From NCBI GenBank assembly GCA_964561545.1, contig CAZLQF010000014.1, positions 7,401 to 71,400 on the forward strand: a stretch of DNA of 64,000 nucleotides, written 5' to 3'. The position numbers were made by a program, and so were the translations under genes. Of the stretch, positions 39,200-48,593 are shown piece by piece. The stretch is from an uncultured Sphingobacteriales bacterium (lineage in GTDB: Bacteria; Bacteroidota; Bacteroidia; CAILMK01; CAYYUA01). Every line of letters begins with the position of its first letter. The first letter of the stretch is position 1. Below the pieces are notes generated by a model. It was not told the origin of the DNA and searched no databases. It was given only the letters and a program-made list of their open reading frames with translations.

Positions 39200-41188
39200 T
39201 TAAGACAGGTCATGTTTCAAAATAGCAATATCCTCTGGTTTACCAATCACATACAATACATCATTAAAATGAATTTTAGTATCGGCTGTAAGTTCATAAT
39301 AAACCTGATCATCGCGCTTAATGGCCACAACGGTCACTTTATAATGATTGCGAATATTCGCTTCTTCAAGGGTTTTTTCCGCGATTCCGGAGGGTGCATT
39401 AATAACTTTGAGGGCTGATATTTCCATTTCAGGTAGTACAAAAGGCCTTTGCCGATTTGTGCCCAACTCGCGGTACATTTCATAGTTATCGGCTCTTAGA
39501 TAACGGGTAAAATCTTCAATTTCATCTTTTGGAACCAAGTATTTGGTAAGTACCCTGTTAAAGATTTCAATGGATGTTTCGAATTCCTCAGGAATAACCT
39601 CATCAGCTCCAAGCCTCAAATTTTCATCAATCTCATTTAAAAACCGTGTTCTTACAATGATGTAAACGTGCTTATTGCTTTCGCGGATGTTTAAGATAAT
39701 CTTCTTGGTGGCTGATGGATCAGAAATTGCTACAACGATTACCCTTGCCTTGTGTAAATTAACACTGTGAAGTATTTCATCATGAATGGCATCTCCATAT
39801 ACAATGGGCTCTCCTTTGCGCTTTTCCTCGCGTACGGTTTCGGCATTTAACTCTATAATGCTGTAAGGAATGTTGGAATTTTGGGCTGCTTTGGCAACAT
39901 TTCTTCCGTTGACGCCATATCCAATGATAATTATATGGTCTTTAAGTTCTTCTTCTTTGGAAGATTTGGGGGTGGATACTGTATGGACATTCCTAAAAAG
40001 CCTCTTAAAAAAAGATCCTGTTAAACTTGTATCCAACAATGCTGAAGTAATACGGTCTCCGAACTTGATCAAAAATGGTGTGGCAGCCATGGTTAGTATG
40101 GAAATGGACAGGAAATATTGGTAAGTTTCCATTGCAATCAAGTCGTATTCAATACCAGTTTTGGAGAGAATAAAAGCAAATTCCCCTACCTGGAAAAGGG
40201 ATAAGCCTACCAAAATAAAAGTTCGTGGCGGATATTTCAGGATCAAAGCGGCTACGGTACAAATAATACCTTTAATGACAATTGTGAAGATTGTAAAGAC
40301 GAGGATCAGGGGCAAATTCTGAAACAAAAATCCCAAATCAAGCAGCATTCCAATAGATACAAAGAAAATACTGGTAAAGATCTCGCGAAAAGGCAGTACA
40401 TTGGCCGTGGCTTGATGACTGTAATCTGATTCAGAAATAATAAGACCGGCCATAAATGCACCAAGCGGTAAAGAAAGGCCAAAACTTGAGGTAAGCCAGG
40501 CAACAGCAAAGCAGATGACCACAATGGTAAGGATGAAGAGCTCTTTGCTTTTGGTCTTGGCAACCTGGTACAAAAGCCTTGGTACTACATAGCGGGCACT
40601 TAAAATAACAACCAAAATAAGCCCAAGCCCCTTCAAGCCAAGCGTAAGGATCGATATCCAAACGTTTTTAGATTCACCCGCAATAATCGGTGTAAACAAG
40701 ATCATGGGCACCACAATGATGTCCTGGAATATCAGAATTGCCAAAGCAAACTTACCGTGCGGGGCTGTAAGTTCACCTCTTTCTTGCAGCAATTTTAAGA
40801 CAATGGCTGTACTACTTAAGGAAAATAAAAAACCAAGAAAAATGGCCTCGCCTGTTTCATAGCCAAATCCAATGGCCAGTAAGGCTACAACCCCAATAGT
40901 GATCAGAACCTGCAGCCCGCCACCAATGAAAACGGCTCTTTTGATGGCTGCCAGGCTTTTTAATGAAAATTGCAGCCCTATAACAAAAAGCAGCAAAATG
41001 ACGCCAATCTCGGCAAGGATGTCCACTTCATGACTGGCCTGGACAAGACTTAAACCATAGGGTCCAGCTATGGCTCCCGACAAAAGAAACCCCAAGATGT
41101 TGGGAAGGTTCAATCGTTGAAAAGCTAATATGACAAGGACCGCAAGGCCAAGGATAATGACGAGATCAGCTAATAAGGGTATTTCCAT
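39200..41188 (-). CDS. monovalent cation:proton antiporter-2 (CPA2/Kef-type) with tandem RCK (TrkA-N/TrkA-C) domains
   Basis: 662 aa. N-terminal ~380-aa Na+/H+ exchanger membrane domain with about 12 TM helices. C-terminal Rossmann motif IIIIGYGVNGRNVA and TrkA-C. Confidence 0.88.
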   Translation of the reverse strand: MEIPLLADLVIILGLAVLVILAFQRLNLPNILGFLLSGAIAGPYGLSLVQASHEVDILAEIGVILLLFVIGLQFSLKSLAAIKRAVFIGGGLQVLITIGVVALLAIGFGYETGEAIFLGFLFSLSSTAIVLKLLQERGELTAPHGKFALAILIFQDIIVVPMILFTPIIAGESKNVWISILTLGLKGLGLILVVILSARYVVPRLLYQVAKTKSKELFILTIVVICFAVAWLTSSFGLSLPLGAFMAGLIISESDYSHQATANVLPFREIFTSIFFVSIGMLLDLGFLFQNLPLILVFTIFTIVIKGIICTVAALILKYPPRTFILVGLSLFQVGEFAFILSKTGIEYDLIAMETYQYFLSISILTMAATPFLIKFGDRITSALLDTSLTGSFFKRLFRNVHTVSTPKSSKEEELKDHIIIIGYGVNGRNVAKAAQNSNIPYSIIELNAETVREEKRKGEPIVYGDAIHDEILHSVNLHKARVIVVAISDPSATKKIILNIRESNKHVYIIVRTRFLNEIDENLRLGADEVIPEEFETSIEIFNRVLTKYLVPKDEIEDFTRYLRADNYEMYRELGTNRQRPFVLPEMEISALKVINAPSGIAEKTLEEANIRNHYKVTVVAIKRDDQVYYELTADTKIHFNDVLYVIGKPEDIAILKHDLS

Positions 41189-41314
41189 GTTGCAAAAATA
41201 AAGGTCACTAAAACATTTATCAATTTGATACCAAGAACTTAAGGCTTAATCTTAAAACAAATAAAACAAGCTTGATATTACCTCAACGCTTTGAAAATCC
41301 TGTCAAGGCTTGCC

Positions 41315-41803
41315 TTAAAAAGCTTTATAAACAAGGGTCAGCTTTTGATCATTATATGTCTTGATCATTGCTTTATAGTGAGCCCCGGAGCTTGACCTCA
41401 CTATAAATACTAAACCTTTTAGGGTGTCGTCCTGAATGATATAAGGCTGCCAATTAACTGTTTGGGGTAGATCCTTTAGTTTTTTGAAAGGCTTATTCTT
41501 TATAATTGCGACTTCCGTTGTTTGCCCTACATGATTTTTATTGGCAAAACTATCATCGAAGGTGCCGATTTCCTGATCTCCTGGCTCTACCCAAATATCA
41601 GCTCGAATCATTGAATCTTGCATGGCTCCTTGAATGGAACGGGAATTGCCTTCATCCATCGATATGAAGTAAACATTAGAGGGTTTGTTATTTTTGGTTG
41701 GTAAATCAAATTGCTGAGGCCCTAAAATGCCACAACTACTTAAGCAAAAGATTGTGCTTAACAGTAAAATGGACCGTTGACCAAAAGCCCTTATTATTAG
41801 CAT
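41315..41803 (-). CDS. hypothetical lipoprotein
   Basis: Signal peptide with lipobox-like LSSCG. 162 aa, no known motif. Confidence 0.4.
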   Translation of the reverse strand: MLIIRAFGQRSILLLSTIFCLSSCGILGPQQFDLPTKNNKPSNVYFISMDEGNSRSIQGAMQDSMIRADIWVEPGDQEIGTFDDSFANKNHVGQTTEVAIIKNKPFKKLKDLPQTVNWQPYIIQDDTLKGLVFIVRSSSGAHYKAMIKTYNDQKLTLVYKAF

Positions 41804-41813
41804 GGTATATCAA

Positions 41814-42824
41814 TTAGATCAAACGGTTCTTTCTGAGCCACTCAATGGTTTCTTCTAATGCTTGTTTGAAAGGGGTAATGGTGTAGCCCAGTTCCTTTTT
41901 GGCTTTTTCAGATGAGCAAGCCCAGTTTTTGGAGTATTTAGTTACCCAATCGGGGGTAATCATGGGTGGTTTCCCGGTTAATTTGGCTTTAAGTGTCTGA
42001 AATCGTGCAAATGTGATGGCCAAGCTAATCGGTATACCAAATAATTTTTGCTTTTCGCCGGCAACTTCTCCTATTGTATTAAAATATTCGTTAAAAGATA
42101 AATTTTCACCACCAAGGATGTATTGCTCACCAGAACGGCCATGTTTCATGGCTAATAAATGCCCATCAATGACATCTTTAACGTACACGTAGCTGCCTAC
42201 TGCTTTTCCATTACCCAGTACAAAATGCCATTTGCCCTGGATGTAATAACTGATCAAACGAGTGGCCGCATTGCTCACTGTCAAAAGGCCCGGGCCAAAC
42301 ACCCTGGTAGGATTAACGATGACCGTTTCTAAATCATTAGAGGCAAAATTCTTTACTACCTGTTCAGCTTGGTATTTGGTACGTTCATAGGGGTTGTAAA
42401 AAAAATCAGAGCGAGGGGTTTCTTCATCTGCCGGCTCATGATTGGATTCAGCAAGGGTTCCTCCCGAGGATGTAAACACCACTCTTTTAACCCCAGTATT
42501 TTTTGCAGCTTCCAGAACTTTTCGCGTTCCTTCAATATTAACCTCATCAAAGATACTTTCATCTTTAGCCCAAGCCTTTGCCAAGGCTGCTACATGGTAA
42601 ACCTGGCTGCAGCCATCCATAGCCTTTTCTAAAACAGCTTGATCGGTAAGGTCTCCTTCAAAAAATTTAATGTGATCAGTTTGCTTTTGGAAAACCGGCA
42701 AGTCATTGAGCTTATAAGCGGATGCTCCTCTGTAAATGATATGCAACGTGTTTCCTTGATTAATCAATGCTCGCACCAGTTCGTGGCCAATGTACCCCGT
42801 AGCTCCTGTAATCATTATATTCAT
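41814..42824 (-). CDS. NAD-dependent epimerase/dehydratase family (extended SDR) protein
   Basis: MNIMITGATGYIGHELVRAL Rossmann motif, and YxxxK in the central region. The track ORF extends to 42941, but that extension overlaps the upstream gene by 94 nt. The ATG at 42824 is the probable start. Confidence 0.75.
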   Translation of the reverse strand: MNIMITGATGYIGHELVRALINQGNTLHIIYRGASAYKLNDLPVFQKQTDHIKFFEGDLTDQAVLEKAMDGCSQVYHVAALAKAWAKDESIFDEVNIEGTRKVLEAAKNTGVKRVVFTSSGGTLAESNHEPADEETPRSDFFYNPYERTKYQAEQVVKNFASNDLETVIVNPTRVFGPGLLTVSNAATRLISYYIQGKWHFVLGNGKAVGSYVYVKDVIDGHLLAMKHGRSGEQYILGGENLSFNEYFNTIGEVAGEKQKLFGIPISLAITFARFQTLKAKLTGKPPMITPDWVTKYSKNWACSSEKAKKELGYTITPFKQALEETIEWLRKNRLI

Positions 42825-42847
42825 GAAATTACTTTTATTTAGAGCGG

Positions 42848-43627
42848 TTAATATTGAGTGGAAAACATATTGCCGGTTAATTTTAAAACAAGCTGTTCCG
42901 GTAACAATCGGATAAATGTAGCAAGGATCCTGTTGGGCCAACCGGGAATAATAATGGTTCTTGGTTTCATCATGCCTTCAACAGCCTGCTTGGCTACTTC
43001 AGCAGCGGACAATGTAAAAATTTCGGCTTTTAATCCTTGTTCGCGGGTTCTTTTTTCAACTTCTGGATTGGTAATGGTCGGCCCCGGACACAAGCAGCTT
43101 ACAGAAATATTAGTGTCTTTTAATTCTTCATTCAAGGCACAGGATAAAACCTTAACGAAGTTCTTGGAGGCCGAATACAATGTTTTATTGGGCATCATCA
43201 TGAAGGAGGCCATGCTGCCAACGTTTAAAATGTATCCATTTTCTTGTTGCTTAAGCATCGGCATGAAATTGTAAATCATCTTCACCATCACCTCGGAATT
43301 GAGCCTTACCATTTCAAGTTGATTGGAGAGTTGAAGCTTGTCCAAAGCCCCTTGAAGCCCAAATCCAGCATTGTTAACGATCGTATCGATCGGTATTTCA
43401 TTGGATTCACAAAAAGATAAAAGATCCTGAGTCGCTTCACTCTCTGTAAGATCGGTAGTATAAGTGAGCACTTGAATGCCATATTTCTGCTTTAATTCCC
43501 AAGCATAATCTTCTAAGCCATCATTAGAAAGAGATACCAACAATAAATTACATTGCCTGGAAGCCAATTCATTTGCAATACTTCTTCCTATGCCCTTACT
43601 TGCACCAGTAACAAGTGCGTATGCCAT
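42848..43627 (-). CDS. SDR family oxidoreductase (classical short-chain dehydrogenase)
   Basis: MAYALVTGASKGIGRSIANELA (TGxxxGxG), NNAG, and catalytic S...YSASK. The longer track ORF (to 43708) adds an atypical 27-aa N-terminal extension. Confidence 0.8.
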   Translation of the reverse strand: MAYALVTGASKGIGRSIANELASRQCNLLLVSLSNDGLEDYAWELKQKYGIQVLTYTTDLTESEATQDLLSFCESNEIPIDTIVNNAGFGLQGALDKLQLSNQLEMVRLNSEVMVKMIYNFMPMLKQQENGYILNVGSMASFMMMPNKTLYSASKNFVKVLSCALNEELKDTNISVSCLCPGPTITNPEVEKRTREQGLKAEIFTLSAAEVAKQAVEGMMKPRTIIIPGWPNRILATFIRLLPEQLVLKLTGNMFSTQY

Positions 43628-43779
43628 TGATTCACTACTTTTTTTCCGGTTCAAAACTACATAAATAAAACCGGATATAGGAAATGCTTTAGTATTGTAA
43701 ATCTTCATTTATTTTGCATTTAAAATACTTGAGCTTAATCGGCTTACGTTTTACCATTGTTCATTATAATTAATCAAAT

Positions 43780-44535
43780 ATGCTCAAAGGACTTTTTGTT
43801 GCTAGTGTGTACCTTATTTGTTGTTCTAATGTTGTTGCCAATCCCAATGACCCTGATAGCCTTGAACAAAACCTGCCTTTGATAACGGGTGAATTGACCA
43901 TGGGCACTTCTGTTCCGGTCGCTGACTTCTATCCATCCAATAAAAGCTCGGGTTATGCGCAACCAGGTTTTACATTGAGCTTTAAAGGCAATTATTTCCT
44001 CCAACCCAAACTTGGTATTCATTTTAAAGGCGGCTTTTTGATCAACAATTTTAATAAGCATGATTATCGGGAAGATCAATTAGAAAAAGGTTCATTCCAG
44101 GATTTAGAACTAAATACCGGGACTTATAAAACTTTGTACTTGACAGTCGGCCCAACTTACCAAATACCCTTGCAATGGCTGAGATTACAAGTACATGCCG
44201 GTATAGGTTATTTGTACGAACATGATTCTAAAATTGATGAAACCCGGATTTTTGGTTCGGGATACCGATCGCGGAGCGAAAAAGCCAGTGGCGATGGAAA
44301 TGCCATGGCTTTTAACGTAGGAGGCCAAATGCGCTTTGAGCTTAATTCAAGGATGGATTTATCATTGGGCGTTGATTACCTGGTTGCTAAGCCAGGTATT
44401 AAAGCTGAAAAAACCAGCGGCAGTTTTGATCCCGAAACGGATCAAACAATCGAGAACTCAAAGACTGAGGAATACCGCCTGCTGATATCATCCTTGAACA
44501 TTAGTGCAGGTTTGGCTTATCGGTTTAATTGGTAA
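43780..44535 (+). CDS. outer membrane beta-barrel protein (OmpW/OmpA-like small porin, hypothetical)
   Basis: Signal peptide, alternating hydrophobic beta-strand pattern, and a C-terminal aromatic residue (AYRFNW). Confidence 0.5.
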   Translation: MLKGLFVASVYLICCSNVVANPNDPDSLEQNLPLITGELTMGTSVPVADFYPSNKSSGYAQPGFTLSFKGNYFLQPKLGIHFKGGFLINNFNKHDYREDQLEKGSFQDLELNTGTYKTLYLTVGPTYQIPLQWLRLQVHAGIGYLYEHDSKIDETRIFGSGYRSRSEKASGDGNAMAFNVGGQMRFELNSRMDLSLGVDYLVAKPGIKAEKTSGSFDPETDQTIENSKTEEYRLLISSLNISAGLAYRFNW

Positions 44536-44555
44536 TAATTGAGATACTTGGTAAA

Positions 44556-45296
44556 TCAAAATTCAACAAAATCGAATCCATATTGCTTGGAGGCCTCCTC
44601 AAGCAGGGTTTGTTCTTTAAAATATTGATTATCAGGTTGTTGAAGAGATTTTTGAACAACAAACGACTGCAAAGCCTCATCAGGGAAAGGGTAGATGCAG
44701 GATTTGGCTTCTTCAGAAGGCAAATCCTTGTCAAGCCAGGCTTGCCGGTTTTCGGAATTTAAAATAGCCGGCATTCGGTGTTTGTTGGCTCCTTGGTTAT
44801 GAACTATTTTCAACAATTGATTGGCTTCTACGGTAATTAAGCAAGCCACCAACCGGGTTGCCCCTTCAATTTCCTGCTGTTTGTATATGCCGGCAACGGC
44901 AAATGGCTCATTCGATTTCATTTGAATGGCAAATGGAAGTTTACCAGCTGAAGTGGCCATCCACTCGTAAAACCGCGACATTAAAAATATACAGCGCTGC
45001 CCTTCTTGCCAAGGCCCTTTGAAGTTTTTCTTTTCGTCAATGCCTTCACTACGGGCATTGATAAACAATTTTTCTACGAGGTTTTGGGTTTTAGGATTGA
45101 ACACTTTTCCCTTGAACCCCCAATGAGCCAAATTGATGGATTTTGAACCTGAAGTAGTTACAACGGGCACATCTGTTGTAGGACGGACGTCATAAGTGGG
45201 TTTATAGTCTTTTCTTATTTCGTCCGAATAAAAGCTGGCGTTGAATTGCTCTTCAAGTTCTTGGGCCTGCCGATCGATACCAAATCTTCCGCACAT
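44556..45296 (-). CDS. SOS-response-associated peptidase (SRAP/YedK/HMCES family, abasic-site DNA crosslinking protein)
   Basis: Begins MCGRF with the catalytic Cys2. 246 aa, SRAP-fold length. A conserved HNQGANKHRMPAIL motif is present. Confidence 0.85.
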   Translation of the reverse strand: MCGRFGIDRQAQELEEQFNASFYSDEIRKDYKPTYDVRPTTDVPVVTTSGSKSINLAHWGFKGKVFNPKTQNLVEKLFINARSEGIDEKKNFKGPWQEGQRCIFLMSRFYEWMATSAGKLPFAIQMKSNEPFAVAGIYKQQEIEGATRLVACLITVEANQLLKIVHNQGANKHRMPAILNSENRQAWLDKDLPSEEAKSCIYPFPDEALQSFVVQKSLQQPDNQYFKEQTLLEEASKQYGFDFVEF

Positions 45297-45468
45297 GCCT
45301 AAAAGTTTTATGTTCAGTTAAAGGTTAACGCAATAAAACAAACCCTGGTTAATAAATGTTGCATGAATAAGGACTTATAGTAAGCAAACCAACTTTAATT
45401 ACCTACGATGATTACTTAAAATAAAGTTGGTGCCATAGAGTGGCAATTTCTTTCGAATACATTTTTAG

Positions 45469-46116
45469 TCAAAAATGCCAATTAACCGATAAAAGCCGCA
45501 GGGGGTTTAAATAACGATGCGTAACACCTGAAACTTCCTCACCATTGTCATAAATAAGTTTAGCAAAGTTCGCATTGGCTTCTGCGGTAAAAGAGAAATT
45601 ATGATAAGGGAAAACCTGGACCCCAACGACCGGTCCAAAGCCAAATCCTTTAATTTTATAATGGTAATCCCGATCATCCCCAAGCATCCTACTTCTTCTT
45701 ATTCCGTCTGATTCACCAAAAGAAAAATAAAAGTCATTGCCGATAAAGGGTTGAACACTTCCTGAAAGCATTTTGAATTCCAAACCTGCACTTGCCACAA
45801 AACCCTTATACATCCCAAAATGATCTGTTTTATTTAATGCTTGATCAACATTGTCCCTGGATTCGTATTGTTCTTGGTAATCTGCTGCAAATCTGAAAGT
45901 GAATTGTTTTGAATACCTTTTGTAAACAATTCCACCCATAAGATTATGATTAAAGGCAGCACCGTTAACGTTCTCATCTGAATTAACAATATCATGGGGC
46001 ATTCTTAAACTGTAAAGATTGATCCCTATTTGATTCTTGAGGCTATCGGACGGCTGCTGCCCTGGTAGCTCCTGTGCAAAAATTAACAATGGTAAGATTG
46101 CAATGAATCGATACAT
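45469..46116 (-). CDS. outer membrane beta-barrel protein (hypothetical)
   Basis: Signal peptide and beta-strand periodicity. Ends in NWHF. Confidence 0.45.
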   Translation of the reverse strand: MYRFIAILPLLIFAQELPGQQPSDSLKNQIGINLYSLRMPHDIVNSDENVNGAAFNHNLMGGIVYKRYSKQFTFRFAADYQEQYESRDNVDQALNKTDHFGMYKGFVASAGLEFKMLSGSVQPFIGNDFYFSFGESDGIRRSRMLGDDRDYHYKIKGFGFGPVVGVQVFPYHNFSFTAEANANFAKLIYDNGEEVSGVTHRYLNPLRLLSVNWHF

Positions 46117-46395
46117 AAGTATTGTTATTTAATCAAAAAAGATAGCTATATAACCGTCTGGCCTATTATCACGGCATTTAAAATCAATTTGTCTTAAAAT
46201 AATTAAGCGGATTTTAATAAAATTCATCCTCTAATTTATGCACAAAGTCCTGTTTAGCAAAATTTAAATGCCAATGAACCCGTAACTAAGATTGGCATTT
46301 AGGCTTTGGTCAATAAAAAACTTATCAATGGTATTTTAAGGATGCTTAAAATTGTTCGGCTAAATATCTTTTAATTTGCTCTAAAAAGAGAATTC

Positions 46396-48513
46396 ATGCA
46401 CAAATTAGCTTTTTACTTACTGCCATGCTTGCTTTTGTTCGCTTGCCAGTCCAACAAACAAGAACAATTTGACCTTAATTATCCAGAAGCCCACAAAGTT
46501 GACACGGTTGATAATTATTTCGGGACTCAAGTAAAAGATCCCTATCGTTGGATGGAAAATCTTGACTCCGATACCTTAGAGCATTGGATTCAGAAAGAAA
46601 ACGAAATTTTTGATGGCTACATGGAACATGTAGGACTCAAAGATACCATTCAAAGCCAGCTTAGCAATATCTGGGATTATCCCAAGTATTCAAGCCCATT
46701 CCGAACAGCCAAGCATTATTTCTATTTTAAAAATTCCGGGCTAAAGGATCATTCCGTACTTTACAAGCTTGATAGTCTACATGATGAGCCAGAAGTGTTC
46801 CTGGACCCCAATACATTCTCTGAAGACGGAACGGTGGCTTTATCTAATACGCAGGTTTCCAACAATGGCAAGTACATGGCCTATTCCATCAGCAAATCCG
46901 GTTCTGACTGGAAAGAGCTATATGTTAAAAACATCCAATCCGGCAAAAAACTAGACGATCACTTAAAGTGGATCAAATTCTCAGGCATTAGCTGGAAAGG
47001 GGATGGCTTTTATTACAGCCGTTATGATGCACCAGAGGAAGATAAACACAGCAAGCAAAACAAGTTTCATAAGGTTTATTACCATAAGCTTGGCCAACCT
47101 CAAAACCGGGATCGTTTGGTATATCAAGACCAACAAAACCCCTTAAGGAATTTCTTTGCCCAAACTACGGAAGATGAAAGGTTCTTGATCATTAGTGCCT
47201 CTGAGGGAGCCAGCGGTAACAATGCGCTATATGTTAAAGATCTACGCAATCCCGGAAGGGGCTTTACCAAGATCATCAAGCACTTTAACAACAGCTATAG
47301 CGTCATTGGTAATATGAATGGCAAATTGTTGGTAAAAACCAACCAAAACGCCCCTAAAAATAAGCTGGTAAAAATCGATCCTAAGAAACCGGATACTTCC
47401 AATTGGCAAACATTGGTGCCTCAACAAGAGGAAGTCATGCAATCTGCCAGTTTGGCTGGCGGGCATATCCTCACCAAATACATGAAGGATGCCAGCTCGC
47501 TGCTAAAGGTATACCATCAGGATGGTTCATTTGCTCATCAAGTCGGTCTTCCTACCATAGGTTCTGTAAGTGGCTTTAGTGGAAGAAAACAAGATACCGT
47601 TGTTCATTTTAGTTTCCAATCGTTCAACTATCCCAACACGATTTACAGTTACAACATACGCACCAATGAGACGGTAATCTTTCGTGAATTTCAACTGGAT
47701 ATGAACCCGAATGATTACATAACCAAGCAAGTATTTTATGAGAGTGAGGATGGTACGGAAATACCTATGTTCATTGTTCACAAACGAGGTATAGACATGG
47801 ACGGCAAAAACCCGTGTTTGCTTTATGGTTATGGCGGTTTCAATATCAGTTTAAATCCGGAATTTGACATTTCGAGGTTTTACTTCCTTCAAAACGGTGG
47901 CGTTTTTGCCATGCCAAACCTTCGGGGTGGGGGTGAATATGGAGAAAAGTGGCACAAAGAAGGTATGCTGGACAACAAGCAAAATGTTTTTGACGACTTT
48001 ATTCATGCCGCCAAGTATTTGTTTAAAAAAGGTTATACGAACAAAGACCAAATCGCCATTTCCGGGCGTTCCAATGGCGGATTACTGGTGGGGGCCACCA
48101 TGATCCAAAAGCCTGAAATGTTTGAAGTAGCGCTTCCGGCCGTAGGGGTCATGGATATGTTGCGATACCATAAATTCACCATCGGTTGGGCCTGGGCTTC
48201 CGAATACGGTACAAGTGATGATTCAACCCAATTCCAATACCTTTACGATTATTCTCCCTACCACAATCTCAAGGAAGGTACTTGCTATCCGGCTACGTTG
48301 GTAACAACAGCCGATCACGATGACAGGGTGGTTCCAGCCCATTCCTTTAAATTCACTGCAAGGTTACAGGAATACCAGTCATGCGACAATCCTACGCTCA
48401 TCAGTATAGAAACCAAAGCCGGGCATGGAGCAGGGAAACCGGTCTCTAAAACCATTAAACAACAAGCGGAAAAATGGGCTTTTACGTTTGATCAACTGGG
48501 AATGGAACCTTAA
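46396..48513 (+). CDS. prolyl oligopeptidase family serine peptidase (S9A)
   Basis: 705 aa. Lipoprotein-like signal, N-terminal beta-propeller, and a C-terminal alpha/beta hydrolase with catalytic Ser in GRSNGGLLVGA plus Asp/His (DDRV...HGAGKP). Confidence 0.9.
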   Translation: MHKLAFYLLPCLLLFACQSNKQEQFDLNYPEAHKVDTVDNYFGTQVKDPYRWMENLDSDTLEHWIQKENEIFDGYMEHVGLKDTIQSQLSNIWDYPKYSSPFRTAKHYFYFKNSGLKDHSVLYKLDSLHDEPEVFLDPNTFSEDGTVALSNTQVSNNGKYMAYSISKSGSDWKELYVKNIQSGKKLDDHLKWIKFSGISWKGDGFYYSRYDAPEEDKHSKQNKFHKVYYHKLGQPQNRDRLVYQDQQNPLRNFFAQTTEDERFLIISASEGASGNNALYVKDLRNPGRGFTKIIKHFNNSYSVIGNMNGKLLVKTNQNAPKNKLVKIDPKKPDTSNWQTLVPQQEEVMQSASLAGGHILTKYMKDASSLLKVYHQDGSFAHQVGLPTIGSVSGFSGRKQDTVVHFSFQSFNYPNTIYSYNIRTNETVIFREFQLDMNPNDYITKQVFYESEDGTEIPMFIVHKRGIDMDGKNPCLLYGYGGFNISLNPEFDISRFYFLQNGGVFAMPNLRGGGEYGEKWHKEGMLDNKQNVFDDFIHAAKYLFKKGYTNKDQIAISGRSNGGLLVGATMIQKPEMFEVALPAVGVMDMLRYHKFTIGWAWASEYGTSDDSTQFQYLYDYSPYHNLKEGTCYPATLVTTADHDDRVVPAHSFKFTARLQEYQSCDNPTLISIETKAGHGAGKPVSKTIKQQAEKWAFTFDQLGMEP

Positions 48514-48593
48514 AGGAAATACTTTACTTTTTGAACTTGCTGAGTAATTTTATTTGATCATAACTGCTTTGCCAAGAATAATACAGTTGCTAT

